Assembly (NCBI GenBank): GCA_034226945.1
Contig: CP120453.1
Location: 1,488,001 to 1,552,000, forward strand
From: Picochlorum sp. SENEW3
Lineage: Eukaryota
Length of the DNA: 64,000 bases
Direction: 5' to 3'
The notes beneath the pieces were generated by a model that was not told where the DNA came from, searched no databases, and was given only the letters and a program-made list of their open reading frames with translations. Shown here in pieces: positions 53,375 through 64,000 of this stretch (position 1 is its first letter; each line of letters starts with the position of its first letter). The translations under genes and the position numbers were made by a program.

Positions 53375-54868
53375 ATGAGCGATAACAAGAGTGATGTTGG
53401 GATGAGAGGGGGAGACGGTGCTGATCTAGACACGGTCACATTGATTCTGAAGAATCCGTCACAGGTGGCCGAAGACCACTTTGAGACGAGCGTTAGACGA
53501 GATATGAGTGTGAGGGATTTGAAAGATCGGCTAGGGAAGGAATATCCAGGGAACCCAGCACCAGATTCCATCACTCTGGTATATGGAGGCAAGGTTCTCC
53601 ATGAGGAGGGTATGATCCTCTCGTCCATCCTTCCCAGTGACTCTGCATCTGTGGCAATGCATATGGTTGTGAAGAGGGCACAGCGCCATGAGGTCGGAAC
53701 GGCAGCTGCTTCTGCTTCTTCTCGTCTGCCTGCTTCTGCGTCTCCAAGGCCTCATCGTGGTAGCACGACTGCTGCTGCTGCCGCTGCTGATTCCGGCGCC
53801 TCTACGAGTACAGGGGACAGTGATTCGACTGCAACAGAATATTCGCACGATGACCCTTCGGAAGACAGGATGCCTGACGAATCAAATACAGTGGTGCATA
53901 GAGAGGAAGAGGCTGCTCCAAGTACGAGTGGAGATATGTCCAGTCGCGTTTTCAGAGCAGCATATCAGGCTGCTTTGCAGGCAATCGTGTCTGAAGGCCC
54001 TGCTTCTTCTCCTAGTGGATATGCTGCGGGCGTGCAGAGCCAGCCAGGCATGGCGTTCCTGGCACCAGTGATAACTCTTCCCCAGCCTGTGTGTCCGACT
54101 ACAGCAGACAGTGCCCGTGGTAGGTCAACGGAGGATCGAGGTGAAGCGCCGCAGCAGGTGAACCAATATATCATGCCGTTGATTCCTGTGGCATATGCCA
54201 TGCCAGGAGAGGGAAATGTTCCTGCGGCACAAGCAGTGGCAAGGAGGAGGAGGAGAAGGGCAGATGCAGCCGAGAGAGACCATGTTGCGGCACTTCTTCA
54301 TGCTTTGAGGGGCAGGGATGTAGCACCCCGTCAAAATGGTGGTGAAGCCGAGCCCCGTGGCGAGCAGGGTCAGCCGAGGCGAAGACAAGTGCAAATACGA
54401 ATCCATATAAATATGCGCGTCCTCCTGCAGCTTGCAGTGCTTTTCTTCGTCGTATATCAACACTGTCCCCCGTCCAGAGTCGTCGGATTGGTTTCCGTTG
54501 CTTTATTGTTTTATTTATCCTCGACTGCTATGGGTAGACGCATGTTGCAACGCCTGTATGGATACTTTAACCTACACCGAGCACAGGAGGCCCCAGCACC
54601 AGTTCCCGTAGAGGACAGGGCAGAAGAGGATGGTGTACATGCTTTGCCTCAACAGCATGATGAAGATAATATAAATAACAACCCAGTTGGTGGAGGAGAA
54701 CCTGGTGCCAGGGAGGGTGGAGAGGCACCTAATGCTCGTCAACCTGGTTTTTTGCAGGAAATCCAGGCATTTCTTGCAGGTTTCCTCACATCCCTCCTTC
54801 CAGCTGCGGATAACAGACACCATGAAAATAATCCAGCAGTTGTACAGGATGTTTGGAGAGGACAATAA
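53375..54868 (+). CDS. Ubiquitin-like domain membrane protein, HERP/HERPUD-like
   Basis: N-terminal UBL (LKDRLGKEYPGNP...LVYGGKVL...MHMV), two TM helices, C-terminal GFLTSLLP. Confidence 0.8.
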   Translation: MSDNKSDVGMRGGDGADLDTVTLILKNPSQVAEDHFETSVRRDMSVRDLKDRLGKEYPGNPAPDSITLVYGGKVLHEEGMILSSILPSDSASVAMHMVVKRAQRHEVGTAAASASSRLPASASPRPHRGSTTAAAAAADSGASTSTGDSDSTATEYSHDDPSEDRMPDESNTVVHREEEAAPSTSGDMSSRVFRAAYQAALQAIVSEGPASSPSGYAAGVQSQPGMAFLAPVITLPQPVCPTTADSARGRSTEDRGEAPQQVNQYIMPLIPVAYAMPGEGNVPAAQAVARRRRRRADAAERDHVAALLHALRGRDVAPRQNGGEAEPRGEQGQPRRRQVQIRIHINMRVLLQLAVLFFVVYQHCPPSRVVGLVSVALLFYLSSTAMGRRMLQRLYGYFNLHRAQEAPAPVPVEDRAEEDGVHALPQQHDEDNINNNPVGGGEPGAREGGEAPNARQPGFLQEIQAFLAGFLTSLLPAADNRHHENNPAVVQDVWRGQ

Positions 54869-54886
54869 TAATAAAATATATGAATT

Positions 54887-56194
54887 TCATTCACCCATGC
54901 AACACGTGATACAACAACACTGGATGGATACATGTGCCTCCTGTATTTGAGTGAGAACATGGTCTACATTCGCTTTGAAGCGCTTCTCTTCCATACTATC
55001 GGACACATTGCTTTCACTCTGCAATGCTTCCCATGCGTTCGCAATGCCCATGGCAAGTGCCACGCGTGGTGTCGCATCCATTGTAAGTCCCAATATGAAC
55101 CCTGCAGCAAGGCAATCTCCAGCGCCACTCACGCTCACGACCTGTGTAGGAAGAGCAGGACAATATATACACTTTAAAGTATCGTTATTTTCTGGCGCTG
55201 TGAAGAAAAGTGCAGCACCCTGGTCCCCAGCTGTGACAAGAACATGACCAACTCCTGCTTGTACAACTGCAGCAGCAGGCTGTGCAAGATTCAGAAAGAC
55301 ACTGGGAATATTGATTCCTCTTGGTTGTTTTTCGATAGATGCGCGTCCTCGTCGACACGATTTTGGAAAATTGTCCGGGTGATGCTGGCAGAGCTTGTGG
55401 ACGATGGAAGTCAACTCATCAACATTGGGGGTGATGTAGTCGATATGTTTCAGGGCTGGAATACATCTCGGAGCTTTTGACCTGGATGTCGGTTCGAATA
55501 CAACTTGATATCTGGAGCGCGACGCATCTTTGCAGGCTCGAAGAATGGACGCCTGATCTAAATCCCCATCAAGAACAAGAATCCCACCCAAGCCCAAAGA
55601 AGGATGGATGGACCTGCTCACTAAATCTGGCGTTAAAAATCTCTCCACAATATCGACATCTGCCACAGAATATGCCACATCACCTGATCCGTCAAAAACA
55701 ATCACCACACTTGCCGTTCGAGGGCCATTGGGTATCCTCGATACACCTCTGGTTGAAATATTGTTTGCCTGGCACATCTTGATAAGGTCCTTCCCCGCCT
55801 CGTCGTCGCCCACGGCAGATATCAACTCTACCTCGCACATACACTCTGTAAATACATATTCCAGCAGAGAACGCAACGCTCTTGCTATGTTGAACGCAAC
55901 GCCACCCGCTGAATACGTCACCCTTCCCATTGAAGACCCTCCTGGAGCCATTTTCTCTCCTGGGGACACCCATGCCTACGACACCATAACATTCACCCTC
56001 CTGTCAATGCTACATATTCCTTTTCAGTGGGCATTCAATACATTGACGAGCCATCGCACCTGAATGTCGCGAATACAGGAGCCTATCAAGCACACATGCC
56101 GTTTCTGCACAGGAGACCCAACACCACCTGACAGATTTCCCTCGCCCAGGTGCCCGTGTATGATACCCAACCTGGCATGAACACTATCTTTCAT
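54887..56194 (-). CDS. PUKI: PfkB family kinase, pseudouridine kinase-like, with PTS2 (2 exons)
   Basis: Exons 56194-56060 and 55975-54887. GGVAFNIA, FEPTS..K, ITPNVDEL, VSVSGAGDCL. N-terminal RLGIIHGHL. Confidence 0.8.
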
Positions 56195-56526
56195 TCTCTT
56201 TTATATGCCAGATTTACAATCAGAGGCTGCGCGCCATAATTGTAGAGCAACGAAACGTGGTGTGCTTTGTGAAAAGGTCAATGAGGCTTCTTTGGCCAAA
56301 ACTGCGTTCAAAACATCCTGGACACTATTCTCTATTACTATGTATCACACTTATCAGTCGCAATCACATGAAATCATATCCAGAACCATCCCCAAATGGG
56401 ACCCCCATCACCCGGGAGTGTCAAAGTTTGAAACGAAGATTTAAAAAACCCCAATGTTCGCGCATGCATGCCCCCAGACCTGTAATTGATGTGACAAGTT
56501 TATGTAAATCTACTGAATAAGTTCAG

Positions 56527-57307
56527 ATGGCGTCTATAGAAGACGGATTCACAGATTGGGATGAGACTTGTATGCATTCCGCATTAGAACAGGTACGATG
56601 TCTCAAGTGTCAGAGGCTCCCTCATACATCTATACATACATCACATTTGCATTCACAAATGACACTGAAACGACACACGTTGCAGGCAAAAATCGCCTTG
56701 GAGAAGGAGGAAGTTCCTGTTGGGTACGTGATCCCTCGGAAGGGAAGAACCCCTGTCTAGATCACCCATGTTTTGATGCTCACCATATCCCATTGCAGGT
56801 GTGTCATCTGCCGAGATGGAGACATCATAGCACACGGCCACAACGAGACGAATATGACGAGAAATGTGCGTATTCCGATCCATTCATATGCTGTTGAACA
56901 AAGCACAGGTATTTTCATCAGTGAACCTGCACATGTAGGGAACAAGGCATGCGGAGATGATAGCCATAGATAAGATCATTGAAAGCCACCGAGATTCCTT
57001 GGAACCAGCGGATTTTTCATCGTGTACGCTCTACGTGACATGTGAGCCCTGCATCATGTGTGCCGGGGCCCTCTCACTCCTGAGGTTCAAGAGTGTGATT
57101 TATGGGTGTGCAAACGACAAGTTTGGGGGCAATGGAAGTATTCTATCGGTACATGAGAACCCTGGTGGAACTTGTGGCACATCCCCTGGGGGACAGTGCT
57201 ATCCATCGCGAGGTGGCTTGTTCAAGGATGATGCCATCAAGCTCCTCCAGGACTTTTACATAAGTGGTAACCCAAAAGCCCCAAAACCGCATCGACCGGT
57301 CAAATGA
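56527..57307 (+). CDS. TAD2: tRNA-specific adenosine deaminase TAD2/ADAT2 (4 exons)
   Basis: Exons 56527-56592, 56686-56723, 56799-56865, 56939-57307. EVPVGCV, TRHAE, CEPCIMC, GNPKAPKPHR. Confidence 0.95.
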
Positions 57308-57364
57308 ATTTGATTTTGTGCTTTTTATGAATGATATGAGTATTGCCTAGTAGTATGAATAAGA

Positions 57365-60300
57365 ATGTCTGATCCCTTCCAACGACAAGTCTCTCGAGAC
57401 TCTGTTTTTCAGTCTCTTGTGTCCTCTTTGAGCCCTGACCCAGCGATCCGAGAGCCTGCAGAGAGACAATTATCCCATTATGAAAAGCAAAGTGTTCCTG
57501 GTTACCTCGGAACCCTTGTAGAGATTGCTTGTGCGACGAATCAAGTGTTGGAGGTGAGTTGGTGATCTCGCAGGCCTCGTTGCGTACATGTGCGATGTGT
57601 GAGTTTATTATGTATTTTTACGCAGGAAGTACGCCTATTAGCCCTTGTTGTGGCGAAGAATGCGGTGGGCTCGAATTGGAGCAAGCAAGTTCGAACCAGA
57701 GAGTGGAAAAAGGTTCCAGGTATGTACATGTGCGCTCATGGTGTCGTACTAATGGTTCATCACCCGGCCCTTTGTCTATGATATGTGCAGAAGAAGAGAG
57801 ATCGTATATTAGAAAAGCCCTCGTGTCTCACATACTCACCTCGGACCCATCTGAGAGAGTGGCTGTTCAGGCTGCTCTGCTGGTGGCAAATATTGCCCAG
57901 TTTGATTTCCCGCATCCTTGGCAGGACTTGCTGGCGCAATTGATCAATCTTTCCGGCATTCATGGAGGAGTGCCTCTCGAAAGGAGGCACCGGGCTTTGA
58001 AAGCGATAAAGTATACTGCCAGGGTCTTGCAAAGGAAGAGGTTTGTTCTGGAGGAGCCTTCTGGTGCTCCTTTGATGAGCCTTACTGCCCAGAAACTCAA
58101 CGAACTTAGTGCAAATCTGGAAGTAATGAGAGAAGAAATGCAAAAGGCTGTGCAGAATATGATCATTCCTTTGGAAGAGATTTGGGAAACAGAGTTTTCA
58201 GCCTTCATGCAGGGGGATCAGGCGTGGAGGGCGCGCATGAAGATATGCCGAGTGGCCATGGCTGCATGCAGGGAAGTGATACCGATCATAAATAATATGA
58301 AATCGATAGAAGAAATTTTTCAGAGGCTGATGGCAAGATGCTGTGAGCTTGCAGGCCAGATTGCCGGGCAGATATTCCAGCAAGGCCAGGGTTATGCTCG
58401 AAAGGAGGAAACAGAATCCATGTGTAAATGCTGGGAGCGAGTGCTGCAAATTGGATGCCTTTCGATTGAGAAGCATGGAGTACTTTTTGCACAGTCTTTG
58501 CCACAGTGGGTGACGTTGTGCCTGAATGCTGGCGTTCTCTCCATAGACGCAAGCACAGTCCATCATATTCGGCCCAAGACGAGGGTTTTCTGCGTCCGGT
58601 TGCTATCTCGAGCATTTGTGAATCCACACTTCCGCCGTAATAGCTCTTTGTCGGTGTCAAAGATGATGTACATGAGTTCTACTGAGCCAAAGTTGGAAGA
58701 AGACCCTCATATTCAACGAGCCATATCATGCCTGGAAGACATCTTGTCTCTCGAGAATGGACAATGCGGTATCCTCGTCGAGTCTTTGGCAACTAAATAC
58801 ATTGCCATTTCTCCTGAAGAAAAGCAAGAATGGGAGCAGGACCCCGAAGGATTCGCACGTGAGGTGGACATGGAGACCTCGCCAGATGCAGACACCCCAA
58901 GGCCTTCTGGGATCGTCTTGCTTGAATGCATGCTGGAATATTCCCCAGACAATGTCAGAAAATCTATCATGTCATTTGCCCAGTCTATTGCATCAAATCC
59001 TTCGACTCTTGATGATGCCATTATTGCCAGGGAGGCAGTATTCAGGATTGTTGGAGAATGCTTCCCTCACCTCAAACATGATGTGTCATTTGAACAGTGG
59101 TACACCAATGAATTGAGGGGTATGATTCAATGTACAGATCCGGTCTTCAACTCGATATCCCCATTCGCTCGATCGATGTTATCATCTCGGGCCATCTGGC
59201 TTGTGGGAATCTGTGCTGAAGAACTTCCTTCGCAGGCATGGGGTGAAGCCTTTGGAATTTGCACGCATAAAATTTCAGACTCTGACGTGGTGGTCGCGCT
59301 GATGGCAGTCTCGTCAGTTGCAGCCATGATATCGCAAGCTGTCGAAGAAGAGGAGTTTGTCTCCCAGCCAAAGGAGACCAGAATTTTGCTGCTCGAAGGA
59401 CCCGTCCCTGTGTCAAATCAGAACTCAGATCTCATTGAACAATCCAATCAGGAATTCAAAGCACACATGGAAGCCGTAGAAGCAAATGTTGACGCATTGT
59501 TGATGCATTGTTTCAAAATTCTCCCGAATCTCTCAGAGATCGAGAGTATGGTGAGAGTTCTCCACTGCATCACTTCAGTCATTGAACTCATGGGAGAAAA
59601 AATACGAGGACATTTCCAGTCATTCATTGATTTTCTACTGCCGCTTTGGTCGATGATGAACACCTCTTCGGCATCAAGCCATGCACTTGTGAGGCTACAA
59701 TGCTCTGTTTTAGCCATGCTTGCCCATTTGGTTGGGAAATTGGGTCGAGCAGCAGCTGAAGATGCTCGCGTGCGCCAAGTAATTTACCCGATGCTGATCT
59801 CTTCAACTGATCCAGACAATCCATCATCTCAGGCGCTCGCTGAGGATGCGCTCAGGCTGTGGCTCGTCATGTTGCACACCTCGCCTGAACTCACATCTGA
59901 AATGCAAGACCTGGGCCCCTCCAGACTGGTGCCCCACCTGGAGCGAGGAAAGGACATGGAATTCAGCTTGGAAATAGCATCAGCGTATGCATTGCATGGG
60001 GGATGGAATTCCGTGAAGGACATGTCAGAGTTGCTGGCATCAAGCTGCCACAAGGTCATTGTAAATGCCATGAACTATTTCAAGCAGGGGACCAAACAAG
60101 GCAATGCTGCTGCACAAGCATCGCATATTCATTCAATATCTCCTGTTGTCGCTAGAGAAATAACCTCGGCGCTGACATTGTTGGGCATTCTGCAAAGGTT
60201 GCACAACAATGTCCCCTCGTACCTGGAAGAACCATTGAAGGCAGCCTGTGCCCTGTTGTGCATGGACTACAGAAAATTGAGTGGATCTCAAATCTCCAAT

Positions 60301-60954
60301 GGATCCTTCATTCCTGGACGATTAGCGAGTCTGCTATATCCAGCTCTTCAGATTGTATGCAGGCTTCTCTACTCAATGCCCGCGGCCTTCTGTCCAATGA
60401 CTGAGAATGATCGTCAAGCACAAATAAGACTTTTGGACCGCTGGATGGCACTTGGTTCCAGCCAAGATATTGGAGAAGTATTCATCCCATCTTTGGCCTT
60501 TCTTGGAAGAGCAAGAAGACACAATGCAGCGGTAGCCATGTGCATGTTGATCATGTCTGACCAATCCGAGCTGCTCAGGGATGGGCCTCGAGTGGCTCGG
60601 ATGATCATCATGGCCCTCAAGGCGGCCCTCGAACAGCAACGATTCGAAAGGGATCAAACGTTGCTCTTTGAAGAAAATGAGCATATCAAAGATAGGAATG
60701 CTTCAAAGGATTATTTGAGGGAGAGGAGACTGTCCATGATGAGAGCTGATCCCCTGAGAACAGTAGATGCAGCAGATGCCTTTAGAAGCGCTGCAAATCA
60801 CGTCTGCACATGGCTGGGCAAAGAGGGCCTCCTCAGCATTCTCGAGAACATCAATCCCATGTATGCCACAGAGGTCTCCCGACTCTTGTCTTCCCAATTG
60901 TCCGAGACAGAGGCCAATGAAGCAATCGAGCGCATGGAGAAGACGCGTATTTGA
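57365..60954 (+). CDS. Importin-beta family karyopherin, divergent importin-11-like (3 exons)
   Basis: Exons 57365-57553, 57626-57719, 57791-60954. IREPAERQL, VRLLALVVAKNAVGSNW, ANIAQFDFPHPWQDL, EWEQDPEGF. Confidence 0.85.
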
Positions 60955-61219
60955 TCAAAATGTTTCAATTAGGGCATCCGATAGGCTGCAGCCTCTGGGG
61001 CGTCATCCGGATCAGATGGGGAGGATATCATGGCATGGCTGATAGATAGACCTCGGATTCGCCGTACAAGGCTGTTGTATTTATATATGTAAATATAGTG
61101 AGCATCCGATAGGCCATTTGACTGCAGTCTTTGGAGTACAAGAACTGCACGAGCGTTGCCGGGAAAACTCAGCGACGGAATACAATCCTCGTAAAAGTAC
61201 ACGCATATATATACGCACC

Positions 61220-63504
61220 ATGAAGCAAGGAACGGCATTATCCTGTTCAAATAGAGGTGGGATTTCCATCCGAAGGAGGCTGACAGTGGTACGTTTTTTC
61301 TTTGGCGTTGGTGCACCGTGCGCCATCGACATTGTATATAAATCACCACGCGGTTGACCAGCTCATTTCTGACATAGACCACGTACATTGCGTTGCAGAA
61401 AGCTCACAGTGAGCCATCTTTGGTCATGCCAAGCAAGGAGCTGGTGCTTCCGACCCCAAAGTACTGCGAGAGCATACACCAGACCAGGAGACGACCCACC
61501 AGTACCGTCGAGATTGGGAACGTCAGGGTCGGCAGCGAGCACCCAATTGCTTTACAGACAATGACAACGACAGACACGAGAGACGTGGCAGCCACGGTGG
61601 AGCAAGTGAAACGATGTGCTGATGCTGGAGCAGACATGGTCCGAATTACTGTTCAGGGCCGCAAGGAGGCTGAGGCGTGCATGGCCATCAGAGAGCAGTT
61701 GTTCAAAGATAGATACGATACACCTCTTGTGGCTGACATTCATTTCCAGCCAGCGGTCGCCATGATGGTGGCAGAGGCATTTGAAAAGATCCGAATCAAC
61801 CCAGGAAATTTTGCTGATGGAGCCAAGAAGTTTGAAGAAATCAATTATGATGATCCAGCTCAGTTCGAAGCGGAAAAGGAGAAAATCCGCGAACTGTTTG
61901 CCCCGCTGGTGGAGAAGTGCAAGTCTCTGAACAGGGCAATGAGGATTGGAACCAACCATGGATCCCTGTCTGCGCGTATCTTGTCATTCTATGGAGACAC
62001 CCCTCGTGGGATGGTGGAATCCGCCTTTGAGTTCGCCGACATTTGCAGAGATATGGACTACCACAACTTTTTGTTCTCCATGAAAGCTTCCAACCCATTG
62101 GTCATGGTCCAAGCCTACCGCCTGCTTGCGGAGGAGATGTATGCCAAAGACTGGAAGTACCCCCTGCACTTGGGAGTCACTGAAGCTGGCGAGGGTGAGG
62201 ATGGTAGAATGAAGAGCGCAATCGGTATTGGAGCGCTGCTCATGGACGGGCTCGGCGATACAATCCGAGTGTCCTTGACAGAAGACCCAGAGTTTGAGAT
62301 GGACCCATGCAGGCGAATGGCCAACTTAGGAAAGGCGGCAGATTCGGAGAAATGGGGTGTCCAGGAATTCGAGGAACACAGAGATACACATTTGTTCACA
62401 CGTCGAGTGGGAGCATCACCTGCTCAAAATGATGGTGACAAGTATGACTACTCCCAACTTCTGCACAGAGATGGCAGTGTGTTCAGCGTAGTAAATGTAT
62501 CCGAATTGGCCAAACCTGAAGCATTGTATCAAAAATTAGGCTGCAAATTAGCAGTTGGCATGCCCTTCAAGGATATTGCCACGTCAGACACGATCATCAT
62601 GTATGATCTTCCTAGTCAAGATGATGCTGAGGCTTGCAAGGCGCTTCGCAGATTGCAAGAAGTTGGTGTGAATGTGCTTGCTCCAGCAGAAAGCCTTCGA
62701 GAGAATCCTCTTGAGGGAGCTGTTCCAATTATGCAGCTCAAGGTGGCATCGGATATGTTCAAGACATCTGGAAAGGTAGACTCTGCAAATGGGCACTTTG
62801 CTGTCTTTGTCGACGGAACAGAAACTGATGAGCAGATTGCTTCCCTGGGAGCAATGAAGCCTGACGTTGCCCTCCTCAGGATTGCTCCAGGTGTCTCCAG
62901 AGTCCATGCCTCAAGAAGAGTGTTCGAAGTCCTGCAGCAGAACGATGTTGAGGTCCCAATAATTCATCACATCACGTTCCCAGATGGAACAGACAGGGAT
63001 GAAATCATCATTTCTTCAGGGGCACAAGTCGGAGCGTTAATGGTCGATGGCAAGGGAGACGGACTGGTGATCGATTGCGCCACAGAGGATGTAGAATTTG
63101 TCAGAAATACATCATTTGGTCTGCTTCAGGGATGCCGCATGCGCAACATTAAGACGGAATATGTCAGTTGTCCATCGTGTGGAAGGACCTTGTTCGACCT
63201 CCAGGAGGTCACAGAGCAAATCAGGGAGAAGACGGGACATCTGCCAGGAGTGTCCATTGCTGTGATGGGATGCATCGTGAATGGGCCTGGAGAAATGGCA
63301 GATGCAGACTTTGGATACGTGGGAGGAGCCCCAGGAAAAATTGATTTGTACGTAGGAAAGGAAGTCGTCAGACGAGGCATTGATATGGAAGGTGCACCAG
63401 ACCAATTGATTGAGCTCATCAAGGAAAATGGAAGGTGGCAAGACCCCCCAACAGACGATGATGAAGAGAGCGAACCTGCCCCAGCTGCAGCATCGTCATT
63501 CTAG
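61220..63504 (+). CDS. HDS: HMBPP synthase (HDS/IspG/GcpE), plastid MEP pathway (2 exons)
   Basis: Exons 61220-61288 and 61399-63504. QTMTTTDT, LVADIHF, RINPGN, RIGTNHGSLS, YVSCPSCGRT, MGCIVNGPGE. Confidence 0.97.
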
Positions 63505-63580
63505 AGTTTTGTTTCATTCGATGACGCATGAAAATGAATATATTATATTTTTAACTGGTCCTATACTACATATTTCCTAG

Positions 63581-64000
<420 letters not shown>

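Overview
Gene-dense eukaryotic nuclear DNA from a green alga with a streamlined genome. Lineage evidence: plastid-targeted genes (CRD1, HDS, Deg1, PPD2, ClpR), short GT-AG introns of mostly 60-140 nt, TGTAA poly(A) signals and intergenic gaps of a few hundred bp or less. A Picochlorum-like trebouxiophyte is my inference, not a database result. I can model about 39 protein-coding genes. Many need splice-aware models that differ from the ORF track, and at least three are absent or nearly absent from it: a 68-aa three-exon DUF1748-like gene, AK6 at the right edge, and a spliced gene at the left edge. Most genes are housekeeping: translation/tRNA metabolism, nuclear transport, proteasome, trafficking and plastid functions. 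I found no tRNA, rRNA, transposon or CRISPR array, and no clear multi-gene novel system. The best leads are: an ankyrin-malonyl acyltransferase fusion with no targeting peptide (candidate trans-AT for algal polyketide synthases); a pTAC10/PAP3-like S1 protein in a chlorophyte; a probable TAD2-importin bicistronic arrangement; a PRORP with two in-frame starts bracketing a transit peptide and an NLS; the hidden DUF1748-like micro-gene; and a recurrent AGATCTAGATCT promoter palindrome. All family assignments come from motif recognition by eye.
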